Positions 1 to 9,707 of a stretch of 64,000 nt of DNA are shown one piece after another. The DNA lies in IMG/VR virus record IMGVR_UViG_3300035663_000004, positions 1 through 64,000 of that record, one strand, 5' to 3'. The translations under genes and the position numbers were made by a program. The notes beneath the pieces were generated by a model. The model saw only the letters and a list, made by a program, of their open reading frames with translations, was not told the origin of the DNA and searched no databases. The DNA is from a virus. Positions within the stretch are counted from its first letter, which is position 1. Each line of letters begins with the position of its first letter.

Positions 1-534
1 TTGCAAATCAAAAGGCTGTTGTTTCCAAAAATTTAAAACATCCTGTTTGCGAATGCGCATTTGATAAAGCGGCGCTATTGAATCGTATGGTTCTTTTTTG
101 CAGGCATCTTTAAGCCTTGCGTATCTGCGCGGCTCGTCATACCTTATCCCTATTGCGTTATCCCAATTTTTAAAACCAAGCGACTTCATAAATTTTTTAA
201 TCGGCGTGATTTTTAGTTCGGTAGTACAAAATCTGGCAACAACATTTGGTAGGTACTTGCGCTTTTTTATAAGAGCCTCATAAGGTTCTCCGTTTCTTGA
301 CGCGGTTTGAAAATCAACAACCTTAAATCCGTTTTCTGGGCAATATTCCAGCCATATAATAGGGGCAAAATAAACTTCAAAATCATGAACGAATTTTAAT
401 GTAGCTTCTTCTTCTTTTCCTGTATTTGCAAAGGCCAAAATGCGCTCATTTTCGGGCAAATTGTCGCAGAGTATTTTAGCCATCATGCCGGACGACCTAC
501 CGCCCGAAAATGATATTAGTGTTGGATGTGTCAT
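1..534 (-). CDS. PAPS reductase / DndC-like family protein (runs off window start)
   Basis: Manual translation from ATG at 534: MTHPTLISFSGGRSSGMM...FANTGKE...RFCTTELK...IGIRYDEPRR...APL, the PP-loop and downstream motifs of this family. Not in the ORF track because it is truncated. Confidence 0.85.
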   Translation of the reverse strand, partial: MTHPTLISFSGGRSSGMMAKILCDNLPENERILAFANTGKEEEATLKFVHDFEVYFAPIIWLEYCPENGFKVVDFQTASRNGEPYEALIKKRKYLPNVVARFCTTELKITPIKKFMKSLGFKNWDNAIGIRYDEPRRYARLKDACKKEPYDSIAPLYQMRIRKQDVLNFWKQQPFDLQ

Positions 535-568
535 AATTTAAATTTTTATGCAAAAGCACGGGTTGGGT

Positions 569-1207
569 TTAAAAACCCCAAGCGTTTATAGTGTGCTGAA
601 ATGGATTTCCTTGAATGTTTTTAACCGATTTCAGCATACTTTTTGCGATCTGCTGAATCTCTACCTGAGCATGGTCGTCCATGCGTTGGGTCAAAAAGTT
701 GTGGAAGCTCCGCATATTGAACTGAACATCGCAAGTGATCTGCGAATTGTACAGTTTAAAATACCGGGCAGATTCCTTTGCGCGCTTCCTGCCTAATTTT
801 GGGCTAAGTTCTTTTACGGCTTCGTGATAAAGTTCGTTTGACAGCCTGCTCAAGTCGTTTAAGCGATGAGCAAATCCTGTTCCGACCCAGTCTTCCGGAA
901 TGTAATACCGATCCTCTTTAATCTCTTTGTACCGTGCTGATTCGGCATTGATACTGCTAATCCGGTGCTTGAGTAGGTGAATGTGCGACGCTATATCGCA
1001 AGTGACCAAAAAATGAACGCTGGCCTTTTCAAAAGGTGTTCCGTGCGGTACGGGTTCTGCGCCCCACAACTGTTTGAGCAATGCCGGAATCCGGGCGCGT
1101 TTTGCGTCATTTAGTTTCCGGCTGGTAGAAGTCCATGCCGATAAGGCTATCACCTCGTCCGAGCCGTAATATCCGATCAATTCAACTGTATTTTCAAAGC
1201 TTCTCAT
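569..1207 (-). CDS. thyX: FAD-dependent thymidylate synthase ThyX
   Basis: HGTPFE and KHRISSINAESARY (variant of RHRxxSxxxxSxR), KESAR, FLTQR..HAQVEI. Confidence 0.92.
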   Translation of the reverse strand: MRSFENTVELIGYYGSDEVIALSAWTSTSRKLNDAKRARIPALLKQLWGAEPVPHGTPFEKASVHFLVTCDIASHIHLLKHRISSINAESARYKEIKEDRYYIPEDWVGTGFAHRLNDLSRLSNELYHEAVKELSPKLGRKRAKESARYFKLYNSQITCDVQFNMRSFHNFLTQRMDDHAQVEIQQIAKSMLKSVKNIQGNPFQHTINAWGF

Positions 1208-1992
1208 ATTGCAGCGGATTTAAGTTTTTGAATAATGAACTCATAAAGGAATGTGGCCTGTTTGGGGTTGCTGACAAAAGAATCGTGCGCGTCCTGAATA
1301 ACTACGCGCGCGCGTTCGGGGGATATTTTCAGGTTTGACAAAGGGCCGGACATCGAAGTCATTTCGATATATTGGTCTTCGGTCAATTCCTTTCCTGTGG
1401 CTGTCGGTATGGTCTTGTAGCGCGATGTAAACCAGTTTAGGTATGCAGCGTACTTTTCTGAAACGGCTTTAACCTGAGACGATTGTGTGCCATCTGCGGC
1501 CATTGTCCACCGGGCTTGGTTTATCCAGGTGGAAAACATTGGGTAAGGCCACTCTCCTTCCTTTTTCCCTTGCGCTGCGCCGGACTTTCGGATCGCCGTT
1601 TCCGTAACCATTGCGGAATACAGTTTTTGAACTTCTACCTTCGGGTTCAACTTGTACTTTTTGCAGGCTTTCAAAAATCCCTGCCATTCGACTTCGAGGC
1701 CGCGCTTGCCGGATGTTTGCGGCCATGCCGTGCGAACCTTGTCAAACGCCTCCTTTTCCGGGGACTTGTTTTTGTCGTCAATAAGAGATACGGATTTAGC
1801 CATTATGTCCGCAAAGATCAGCCCTTTTTCTTTCAGGCTTTCTATCGCGTACAATCCGTCAATCGTGTCGTACTGCGATATGGTGTTCTCAAAGTTATCC
1901 GGGGTAAACAGTTCGGGGGCTTCCGACAAAAGCCATAACAGCCCTATTTCCCGAAACGTCAAGTTGTGTTGTTTTGCAAATTCCAAATTCAT
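1204..1992 (-). CDS. Putative replication initiator / HTH DNA-binding protein
   Basis: N-terminal wHTH-like segment; FDKVRTAWP and YPMFSTWINQARW resemble phage replisome-organiser C-termini; replication-operon context. Confidence 0.5.
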   Translation of the reverse strand: MNLEFAKQHNLTFREIGLLWLLSEAPELFTPDNFENTISQYDTIDGLYAIESLKEKGLIFADIMAKSVSLIDDKNKSPEKEAFDKVRTAWPQTSGKRGLEVEWQGFLKACKKYKLNPKVEVQKLYSAMVTETAIRKSGAAQGKKEGEWPYPMFSTWINQARWTMAADGTQSSQVKAVSEKYAAYLNWFTSRYKTIPTATGKELTEDQYIEMTSMSGPLSNLKISPERARVVIQDAHDSFVSNPKQATFLYEFIIQKLKSAAI

Positions 1993-2447
1993 AGACTTTT
2001 AAATTTAAAATGATAACCTTTTGTTTGCCTGCGTTTGCCGTTTGCTACTAAAGATATATGGCAGGTCGTAATACCCAACTGGCGCTGCGCCTCCATTTGC
2101 GATGGGTAAACAGTTTCCTCTCCGGTTTCAATCCGGGTAGCAATAACAGCCTTTGCGCCGTTTCCGTTTTTAGGACTTTGGCGCAAAACGCCTTCCGGAT
2201 CATTGAACCTAAAATCGCCTATATTGATTGAGTAGTTGTCTCCATTTTTTGACAGCAGCCCTATTGAAACATGATAGCGAAGCCGGGCGCGAAGCGACTT
2301 TTTGTGCTGCGTCAATTTGATTTTCTTAATATGCGGATAAAGGTGTGCTAATATTTCGTCAAAGTGCGTTGGCCTTTGATTCGATAATAGCAGCTCTTTG
2401 ATCTGCTTATTCGGGAATGCGTTGTAGTCAATCAAAAATTTAGGCAT
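1989..2447 (-). CDS. wHTH + NUMOD1-type DNA-binding protein (paralog 2)
   Basis: Likely start ATG 2447 (MPKFLIDY); C-terminal KAVIATRIETGEETVYPSQMEAQRQLGI..HISLVANGKRRQTKGYHF is NUMOD1-like. Confidence 0.65.
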   Translation of the reverse strand: MPKFLIDYNAFPNKQIKELLLSNQRPTHFDEILAHLYPHIKKIKLTQHKKSLRARLRYHVSIGLLSKNGDNYSINIGDFRFNDPEGVLRQSPKNGNGAKAVIATRIETGEETVYPSQMEAQRQLGITTCHISLVANGKRRQTKGYHFKFKSL

Positions 2448-2874
2448 ATTCAAACCTGTATCCCTTGTATTCAAAGATTTTGTTTTTGCAGCACTCGCTA
2501 ATAAATCGGGCGTGGTGTTTTTTGCCAAACAATTTCTCTGCCGCGATCGTTTGCCCTTCGCAAATAAAAGATTCGCCCGTAACCAAATTTGTACACCTGA
2601 CCGGTTTGCATAGGTGCGTTGGCCTTTGTTTGAATCGGCGCAAATCTTCATTTAATCGAAGAAGCCTCGGATCGTCTTTATTCAAAGAATATCGGCACCG
2701 GCCCTCTTTTCTTAAAATTCCAATCCTGACCAAATACCGAAGCCTGGTCGTAATGTTTTTCAGCCCCGTCATTTCCTCGATTTCGCGCTCATACAGCGTT
2801 TTCATAAAAGCGCTCCTCAGCGCCTCAATGATACTTTTGTGCGGCTCTTTATGAATGTCAATCAGCATTCTCAT
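2440..2874 (-). CDS. wHTH + NUMOD1-type DNA-binding protein (paralog 1)
   Basis: RLRYLVRIGILRKEG; C-terminal KPVRCTNLVTGESF...ISECCKNKIFEYKGYRF. Confidence 0.65.
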   Translation of the reverse strand: MRMLIDIHKEPHKSIIEALRSAFMKTLYEREIEEMTGLKNITTRLRYLVRIGILRKEGRCRYSLNKDDPRLLRLNEDLRRFKQRPTHLCKPVRCTNLVTGESFICEGQTIAAEKLFGKKHHARFISECCKNKIFEYKGYRFEYA

Positions 2875-3236
2875 CCGTAAAAGATATTTAACTTAATGTG
2901 GTCGGTTTCTTTGTCAATGCGCAGACAGGACTTGTGTATCCACCTTTTCTTGTGCAGCGTTCGATACACATTCGAGCAAAAACTTTGCTTTTTAATATCG
3001 TTCCAATCTGCTGGAAACGGATATACCATTATGACAACTGGAACAAGGGACGTCTTTAAGGCGCTTGGCATAACGCCATCAAAATCTACATCCCAAACAA
3101 TAGGAGATTCTGCTGGGGATAGATGCCGAATGCAATGGCAAATCCGCTGAACGATTTTTGCTTTTTGGTTAACAGATATGTCATCCCGGCGGTCGGCTCC
3201 ATTGAAAATAATGTGAACTGGGAATTGTTGAATCAT
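2871..3236 (-). CDS. Hypothetical protein
   Basis: 121-aa ORF tightly coupled within the operon. Confidence 0.6.
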   Translation of the reverse strand: MIQQFPVHIIFNGADRRDDISVNQKAKIVQRICHCIRHLSPAESPIVWDVDFDGVMPSALKTSLVPVVIMVYPFPADWNDIKKQSFCSNVYRTLHKKRWIHKSCLRIDKETDHIKLNIFYG

Positions 3237-3251
3237 AGTGTTGAATTGAGT

Positions 3252-5261
3252 TTAAAATGGTACAAAATCGCTGTCCGGTGTTTCGGTGCTGTACGCCGCG
3301 TAAAACGGCATATCAAGGTTGTCGGCGGATACCTTCTTTGGCGCATTGCCCGTTGTAAGGACGTTGTTGCTATCCGCATACATAATAAACGGATCGAACT
3401 TTGCGCCACGGCTGTTGTAGTGCTTTACTTCGATACTGTCGTCGGATACAGGCTCTACGCTCAAACTGGCATCGCACTTATCCAGCATCGTGTTGCCCAA
3501 GTGGCCGCGCGGTGTCTTGTCGCCTTTTGTCAAGTGGAGAACAGGGAATATCATACACCCGCGCTCCTGCCATGACGCCAACACTTCGCCCATAAAAGTA
3601 GCCTCCTCAAGCGAGTTGTAGTCCTTGCCCAAATCCTTTATCCCGTCAATTACAATAACAGCCGGGTCATACAACTTCACCATACGATCAATAAACCGTA
3701 TCCTGTCGGTAAAGTATAGGTGTTTAATACGCGCCGGAAATAGCAGGTCTTTTACGTCCTCCGTTGTTTTGTTTGCCGTTTTTAGTATCCGGCCTATGGT
3801 TTGCATAAACCAAAACGGTGCCTGCTCGGTGTCGTACCAAAATATCGGGCCACCGGGTTTAAAGACAAACGGATCGTTCTTGTGGTTGTCGCTCAAGGCT
3901 GCGCCCATAATTGACGCAATCAATGATGTCTTTCTCGACTTTTGCGCACCGAAAACTGGAATAAGCGCGCCGGGGAAGCCTACTCCGATTTCTTTTGTGC
4001 CATACCCTTGTCTCGATTCAACCCAAAAGGTATAAGGCTCCTGAGCACCTACAAAAGCCTGTGACGTAATCTCTTTGACGTATGCGTCAAATTCGATGTT
4101 GGTCATTGCCTCTACTTTTGACGGCGGCGCTTTTTTCAGATCAAGGTCAAACCTATAATCCTTTACCGGCTCGTGGTAAACCGGAAGTTCATTGTGTTCG
4201 CTTGCGGCTGGAACAAGCGTTGGCGCTGCGGTCAAAATGGTCTTTTTCTCCGGTTTGTATTTGAATCCATTTTTGGACGCAAGCCAAACGATTGTAGCTG
4301 CTCCTGCTGCCGCTCCCCCGGATCGCCCTATCGAGTTCCATTTCCTTTCCGCCCACTTTCTAAAGTTAGATACGGCGTACTGGGGCGAATTTTCCAAAAT
4401 ATTGTTTGCGATAACCCTTCCCGATTCTCCAAAAGCATTTTTGCAGGCGGCCATAACCTTGAGGTATTCGTGATAGCAGGTCGCTACATTGATCCTGTTT
4501 GTGATTATGTACCCGGCTGCGCTGGCTGCGCACTCGTCCTGCTGCGCAAGGCTGGAGAAGTTTATAGTTTCAGCGGGCAGTTCTTTGGTTTGGTAGTTCG
4601 GATCGAAGTGCAATGTATCTGCATCAGCGCAAACGTAAAGCGGGAATCCGGGGCGCTCGTAAAAAGCATAAACAGGCTGACTTGCGCCCAATTTATCAAA
4701 GTTGCTTTCGCTTATCGAAAGCAATTCCGACAAATACGATATGCCCGCATTAAGCGCTACTCCGTGCATTGTCTTGTCCGTGTTGTCGGTCTTCAGCAAA
4801 ATTTTTACCCCATAAGTGCTGGGCGACAATCCGGCCAAAATAATACCCGGAGGCGCAAGTTCTTTGATTAGATTCAAGACAACTATGGCGGATGCGTTTC
4901 CGCCTTCGTGCTTAAAATCAATGTCAATTTGCAGAACGCCGTTGTATTCAAGATTGGCGTTGTTGTGATGGATCAGGCAGAAGCCCGAAGCCAAAAAGTA
5001 AGGCAACTGGCTTTTTGCGTGTGACAATGCGCCTGCCGCTTCTTTGGTATTTTCAGAATATGCCTTTGCTGCAAGTTCCGGCAAATCCAAATACTCCGCT
5101 GGCGCAAAACCTTGCAGAATACCCACAAGTTCATCAAAGCCTATGCGCGTATTCGGGACGTGCTTTGCTTGTCCGTCATACACCTTGTTGTTGCTCCAGG
5201 CAAAAAATAGTTCACTCATGGCGGTTAAATTTGTTGTCAAGGATGAAAACCATGACGGCAA
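3252..5261 (-). CDS. Primase-helicase fusion (VirE-N/BT4734-like primase, PriCT-2, AAA_25 helicase)
   Basis: LQIDIDF and LSPSTYGVK primase motifs; YHEYLKVMAACK (PriCT-2); GAQKSRKT Walker A variant, IVIDGIKD Walker B, VLHLTK..PRGHLG; acidic C-terminal FVPF. Confidence 0.8.
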   Translation of the reverse strand: MPSWFSSLTTNLTAMSELFFAWSNNKVYDGQAKHVPNTRIGFDELVGILQGFAPAEYLDLPELAAKAYSENTKEAAGALSHAKSQLPYFLASGFCLIHHNNANLEYNGVLQIDIDFKHEGGNASAIVVLNLIKELAPPGIILAGLSPSTYGVKILLKTDNTDKTMHGVALNAGISYLSELLSISESNFDKLGASQPVYAFYERPGFPLYVCADADTLHFDPNYQTKELPAETINFSSLAQQDECAASAAGYIITNRINVATCYHEYLKVMAACKNAFGESGRVIANNILENSPQYAVSNFRKWAERKWNSIGRSGGAAAGAATIVWLASKNGFKYKPEKKTILTAAPTLVPAASEHNELPVYHEPVKDYRFDLDLKKAPPSKVEAMTNIEFDAYVKEITSQAFVGAQEPYTFWVESRQGYGTKEIGVGFPGALIPVFGAQKSRKTSLIASIMGAALSDNHKNDPFVFKPGGPIFWYDTEQAPFWFMQTIGRILKTANKTTEDVKDLLFPARIKHLYFTDRIRFIDRMVKLYDPAVIVIDGIKDLGKDYNSLEEATFMGEVLASWQERGCMIFPVLHLTKGDKTPRGHLGNTMLDKCDASLSVEPVSDDSIEVKHYNSRGAKFDPFIMYADSNNVLTTGNAPKKVSADNLDMPFYAAYSTETPDSDFVPF

Positions 5262-5285
5262 TACAGGTAAGTACGAATAGCATAG

Positions 5286-5783
5286 TTAAGACTTGTTTTT
5301 AATTTGTTGTGAAAGTAAATAGTAGGGTATTTGATCCCTTATTCTGTCGGCCATTTTTTTCATTTCATCTTTAACGCATCCATCTGTCCGCTTGTGCTTT
5401 GTATGCCAAGCGTGCCAAATTAAATAATGTGTTGCGGCAGCAGATGTTGATATATCCCGCGTAACAACCGCCGTGTAAATATTGCACTCGCTGCCCTCCA
5501 GTAAAGCGGCCGAATCAATAAGTCCTTCCAGCGACAACGTTCCATCAAAAAACCTTTGAATCATTTGACCGGAATACGGGTTGTGCCGGAAATACGGTCT
5601 TATCATTTCGTATTTGACACGAATGATCGTTCTCTCCGTAAAGTAACGCTCAATCGGATACAACATCCAGTCCGGGCGCGCGCATTGTTCCCAAGCCTCC
5701 TGTATGGTCTTGTTGTAGCAAAAGGATAAAGAATCCTGACAGGGTTCCTCCCTTAACTTGTAAGCAAGTTGGGTTGCGGTCAT
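5286..5783 (-). CDS. Hypothetical phage protein
   Basis: 165-aa ORF; AWEQCARPDWML segment. Confidence 0.6.
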   Translation of the reverse strand: MTATQLAYKLREEPCQDSLSFCYNKTIQEAWEQCARPDWMLYPIERYFTERTIIRVKYEMIRPYFRHNPYSGQMIQRFFDGTLSLEGLIDSAALLEGSECNIYTAVVTRDISTSAAATHYLIWHAWHTKHKRTDGCVKDEMKKMADRIRDQIPYYLLSQQIKNKS

Positions 5784-6223
5784 ATCGTCTTTATTTTTAA
5801 AAATTCAGCCCAAAATTCCTGCGGTGCGTAGGCCGCAAGTTGGCAAAGCTTGTGAATCTGTTTGGTGTATATCCAGCGGATTTCGGTGGTTTCTCCAAGC
5901 CCATCGTTTAGCAACTTGTGTTTGAGCAAAAGGTATTTGACCTTGCTTTTGTCCCGGTCTGTTTCCCTTGCTCCCTTGCAGTCCACAATATAGGTAATCC
6001 CGGAAACAATAAACCGGAAGTCAACCGTCATATACACCTGATCCGCTCCACGATTGCTTATAAGGCGCACTTTTTTGTTTTTGTGAACAGACGGACCTGA
6101 TAGGTCATATCGTGGCTCATAGTCAAATTCTATGCGCATTTTTCTCAATGCCAAATAGAACTCCTTTTCTATGTTGCTCCGGAACTTCACATTGCCGACT
6201 GTGGGTTTTCTTTTCTTTATCAT
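5780..6223 (-). CDS. PD-(D/E)XK endonuclease (DUF1064 / T7 endonuclease I-like)
   Basis: KFRSNIEKEFY, YMTVDF, VDCKG. Confidence 0.7.
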   Translation of the reverse strand: MIKKRKPTVGNVKFRSNIEKEFYLALRKMRIEFDYEPRYDLSGPSVHKNKKVRLISNRGADQVYMTVDFRFIVSGITYIVDCKGARETDRDKSKVKYLLLKHKLLNDGLGETTEIRWIYTKQIHKLCQLAAYAPQEFWAEFLKIKTI

Positions 6224-6804
6224 AGCGCGCGCATTGCCATCTCGATTTGGTCGTCCGCCAAACCTAAATAGATTATTGTTGTTTGTGTATTGTTGTGGTT
6301 GAATGCCCGCTGGAGCAGGAGCAATGCCTCCTGAGACGCTCCCAGTTCGGTGTACATTTTATATCCCCAAGACTTGCGGAAACTGTGGCTCGTGTAGTGA
6401 GGCCACTTTTGATCTTGGCAAATCTGCTGGATTTGGCTGTTTAGGTGCATAACCGAATACGGCAGCCTGCGTTTGGATCGGTACGGCGTTTTGAATACCA
6501 GCATTTGTTGGTTTATGTATCCGGATAGCAGCCAACATTGCCGGAATATGGCGCGGGCGGTGTCCCCAAAAGCGATTCGCCGCACCTTGCCCGTTCCCCG
6601 ATCCTTTTTGATTGACACGACAATATTGTCGGACAAAAGCTCTGCCCATGTTAGGGCGCGCCACTCTGAAATCCTGAGTCCGGTAAACAAAGGTACGGCC
6701 AGTAGCAATGCCGTCTCCCACTTTCCGCGCTCAAGGTAATTTAAAATTGCGGCCTTAACCTTGTCAAAGTCCGCTCTTTTCGCTGTTTTTGATCCCTGTC
6801 TCAT
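6220..6804 (-). CDS. Tyrosine recombinase (catalytic domain only)
   Basis: TGLRISE, K, HSFRK, FNH..TTIIY catalytic residues. Confidence 0.9.
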   Translation of the reverse strand: MRQGSKTAKRADFDKVKAAILNYLERGKWETALLLAVPLFTGLRISEWRALTWAELLSDNIVVSIKKDRGTGKVRRIAFGDTARAIFRQCWLLSGYINQQMLVFKTPYRSKRRLPYSVMHLNSQIQQICQDQKWPHYTSHSFRKSWGYKMYTELGASQEALLLLQRAFNHNNTQTTIIYLGLADDQIEMAMRAL

Positions 6805-6836
6805 AAAAAAAGTTAAGTTGTAAAAAAAATGATACG

Positions 6837-6844
6837 CAAAGATA
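6837..6844 (-). promoter_or_regulatory. Bacteroidota sigma-70 -7 element (TATCTTTG) upstream of the recombinase
   Basis: TAnnTTTG consensus in the intergenic gap, with TTG about 20 nt upstream. Confidence 0.6.
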
Positions 6845-6888
6845 TGCGTACCATTATCAAAAAAGCAAGTATTCGGATAAAATTTTTA

Positions 6889-7404
6889 TTAAAATAAAAT
6901 TTTTATCGCTTCCCCCATCTTCCAGGCAGGGCCGGAATTGTCAACGGTAAAGAATAATTGATCGTCCAGTTCCGTTTCAGAGGGGTGGTTTGATTCCGCA
7001 ATTTGCGGCGCGTTGTCCCTCTTTACCCGAACGACAATGCCTCCTTTGTCCCTGACCTCAAGCGCTTCATTCAAAAACCGAACGTCGGTAATAATGTAGT
7101 TCTTTTCGGGTTTAAATCCGGAAAACAGGGCTTTTACCCAAACGTCTTTATGCAGGTTGTCGCGCATAGCGTCCGTGCCTATACGCTGAAGCATCTCCCG
7201 GCGAGTCATCCCCCATGCGGGTAAAAATTCGGACTTCCATGCCGGGGTGTCAACGATTTCTTCTCCTGTTATCAAAGAGTAAACCTGTTTGACTTTGTCT
7301 GCAAACGCAACAATTTCAAACTTATACTCCGGATACAGTTTTACAATCAGTTCCGCTAAGGTGTTTTTGCCGCTTCCGGCCTTACCCGTAATGCCAATAA
7401 TCAT
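6889..7404 (-). CDS. Deoxynucleoside monophosphate kinase
   Basis: IIGITGKAGSGKNT, AFADKVK, REMLQRIGTD, ITDVRFLNE, HPSE. Confidence 0.9.
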   Translation of the reverse strand: MIIGITGKAGSGKNTLAELIVKLYPEYKFEIVAFADKVKQVYSLITGEEIVDTPAWKSEFLPAWGMTRREMLQRIGTDAMRDNLHKDVWVKALFSGFKPEKNYIITDVRFLNEALEVRDKGGIVVRVKRDNAPQIAESNHPSETELDDQLFFTVDNSGPAWKMGEAIKILF

Positions 7405-7408
7405 AAGC

Positions 7409-7699
7409 TTAAATTATGGTTGTTAGAAAATATCCAAACAGGCAGCCCGCTGTTGCGCCAAAAGCATACATGATGCGATCAATCTCCGAACCAAAAATCG
7501 TCCTCTTTACATTGTGCGTCCAAATTATGTTTATACCAAAAGATGCAATCGCCATGCCGACAATGTTGCCCTTTGTTAACATTATTGTGTTGACGCTCAC
7601 AAGCGCTATTTGCGTGAAAGCAGTAAAAAAAAGACGCAGTCCGTTGTAACGTCCATATTCTTGTACTGCTTTTTCGGAGGAGGGCTTATCCATACCCAT
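7409..7699 (-). CDS. Small membrane protein
   Basis: Three hydrophobic segments. Confidence 0.6.
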   Translation of the reverse strand: MGMDKPSSEKAVQEYGRYNGLRLFFTAFTQIALVSVNTIMLTKGNIVGMAIASFGINIIWTHNVKRTIFGSEIDRIMYAFGATAGCLFGYFLTTII

Positions 7700-7768
7700 A
7701 GGGCGAAAATTATAAAAAACAAAAAAGTTATTGTGTCAACAAAGGTTCCGATGGATTGCAGGATGCGT

Positions 7769-8311
7769 TCATTTTGTGAAAATTCCATACTTGCTAAAAA
7801 TTTCGGCTAAAACTTCGGCCTGCGCTTCGGCATCATCGAGCGCATTGTGGTAGCCAGCGCGTTGTCTTTTTGCCTTGTGTAGTTCCGGATTTAGAGCGGA
7901 TATGGTTCTGAAGTCCAATATTTGATAATACTGCCACGGCGCTTTCTCTCCGGCTCTGCGGTAAAGTTCATCCAAAATAGCAATATCGAACTGGGGGCTG
8001 TTTGCCCAAACGTAAATATCCTTGCCTTGGTCGGAGATGTATTGTGAGAGCGTATGCAATGCCTGCCTTAGCGGTACGGCGCCTTCCGGATTGAGAGCGC
8101 CTTGGTTTGATTGTTTAAACCACCATTTCAACGTTTGAGTATCAACATGGCATTGATAGTTGTACTGCTGGTCTTCGATGTCAATGCCTATATGAATCTT
8201 GTTTAAGACTTCTACGCCGTCGGCGCTAAACACGCAGGCTCCGATAGAGAGAACGCAGCAACCCGGCTTCCGACCAAGCGTTTCAATGTCAATCATTATG
8301 TGTTTGTGCAT
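7769..8311 (-). CDS. DEDDh 3'-5' exonuclease (DUF5051-like)
   Basis: MIDIETLG, WANSPQFD, HNALDDA. Confidence 0.85.
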   Translation of the reverse strand: MHKHIMIDIETLGRKPGCCVLSIGACVFSADGVEVLNKIHIGIDIEDQQYNYQCHVDTQTLKWWFKQSNQGALNPEGAVPLRQALHTLSQYISDQGKDIYVWANSPQFDIAILDELYRRAGEKAPWQYYQILDFRTISALNPELHKAKRQRAGYHNALDDAEAQAEVLAEIFSKYGIFTK

Positions 8312-8469
8312 AGTAGTAAAGTGTTTTGCCGCATTTCGAGCAAGCCATAAGGGCGTTTTTTGAATTGTACGCTATAAACTGCTCCGCGCAATTACACGGA
8401 TGTTTGTACTCAGAAAATGCGAAGTTTAAAAATAGGAATATCGCTGTTGCAAATAATTTTTTCATTGAA

Positions 8470-8706
8470 TTAAAGTTTTACCCTGTAAGACTGCACGGGG
8501 CTTTCTGTAAGTGAAAGTCCCAACTTGAGGGTGGATTTTACAATCTTTCCGGCCTGTAACAGGGCTTCAAAATCGGCTTCGGCCTCGGCGCTGCTATATC
8601 CTTTTATAACCATAATGCGGCGCAAAAACGACTGCCGGACTGTTATTCCAAGTTTGTCAAGTTCCCTTAAAAGCTGGTCGGTATCGCTCGTATTTTTCTT
8701 TTTCAT
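8470..8706 (-). CDS. Hypothetical protein
   Basis: 78-aa ORF overlapping the methylase stop. Confidence 0.5.
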   Translation of the reverse strand: MKKKNTSDTDQLLRELDKLGITVRQSFLRRIMVIKGYSSAEAEADFEALLQAGKIVKSTLKLGLSLTESPVQSYRVKL

Positions 8707-9311
8707 TGTATTGTAAGTTGTATTCCTTTAGCCATGCGTTTTTTTGCCTCGTTGTAGTAGTGTTCGTCAATTTCAAAGCCTACATAATTGAACCTCATAC
8801 TTTCGCAGGCAATCAAACTGGATGCGCTGCCAACGTGCGTATCTAAAATTAGGTCGCCCGGTTTGGCGTAATTTTCGAGGAGCCAGCGGTAAAGGGCTAC
8901 GGGTTTTTGGCATATATGAATCCTTTTCTCGGGCGTGTTTCTAACGTGTTTGGCTATTTTAGCGTTGGAATCAAAAGAAGCCCAAGCCATTTCGCAATCA
9001 GCCAAAGTATCCGTGTGTGTCTTTTTGTCCCATATTATAAAGCATCTTGAAGGAGGAAGGTTAAAATAGTTCCCGCCCCAAATTATTTGATTTTTTGATA
9101 CTCTAAATAGCTCATCAAAATAATTATTGTTTGGCTTTGTATCCCAAGCGGCATCTCCTTTTTTGTACTTGTCAGCCCAAGTTCCGCCTTGTGTAAGCTT
9201 GTCGCCTAACCCATACGGCGGATCAACGATTGCCAAATCAAAAAACTTATCCGGATAGGATGGTAGCCCGTATTCGGGGTTCATACAGTCGCCTAAAATA
9301 AACTTTTTCAT
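8703..9311 (-). CDS. DNA N6-adenine/N4-cytosine methyltransferase (beta class)
   Basis: DPPY, HICQKP, LDTHVGSASS, GFEID. Confidence 0.9.
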   Translation of the reverse strand: MKKFILGDCMNPEYGLPSYPDKFFDLAIVDPPYGLGDKLTQGGTWADKYKKGDAAWDTKPNNNYFDELFRVSKNQIIWGGNYFNLPPSRCFIIWDKKTHTDTLADCEMAWASFDSNAKIAKHVRNTPEKRIHICQKPVALYRWLLENYAKPGDLILDTHVGSASSLIACESMRFNYVGFEIDEHYYNEAKKRMAKGIQLTIQ

Positions 9312-9486
9312 TGTATTTAAAACATTTCGTTATCGTATTGGACTTGCTTACACAACTCCATTGCTTCCCAATATGTGGCCTGTTTCTTTTTTTTGACTCT
9401 CCGTTTTTTCTTCTTTGCGTCTGCAAAGATTTCATCGAATGGCTGGTAGCGATTGTTTTTCATTGTAAAAAAATTATAGTTAAAAA

Positions 9487-9696
9487 TTAGGTGGGTCGGG
9501 CTTGCAGGGAATCCCGATAATCAAACATTAGATCGTCAATTATTTCATATTTCCCGGTATTGACATGCCACCTTCCAACCATACAAAAAGGCTCATCTTC
9601 AAACCACCAGGGTAATCCGTCAAAATCGGTTGCCGCATATCGCGCCCAAGTCGGCGCGTCTTTCCAAGGGTATTGCATTTCCTTTTCCTTTTCCAT
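9487..9696 (-). CDS. Hypothetical phage protein
   Basis: WKDAPTWARYAATDFDG..WFE motif of small phage proteins. Confidence 0.6.
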   Translation of the reverse strand: MEKEKEMQYPWKDAPTWARYAATDFDGLPWWFEDEPFCMVGRWHVNTGKYEIIDDLMFDYRDSLQARPT

Positions 9697-9707
9697 AATA
9701 AAAAAAA

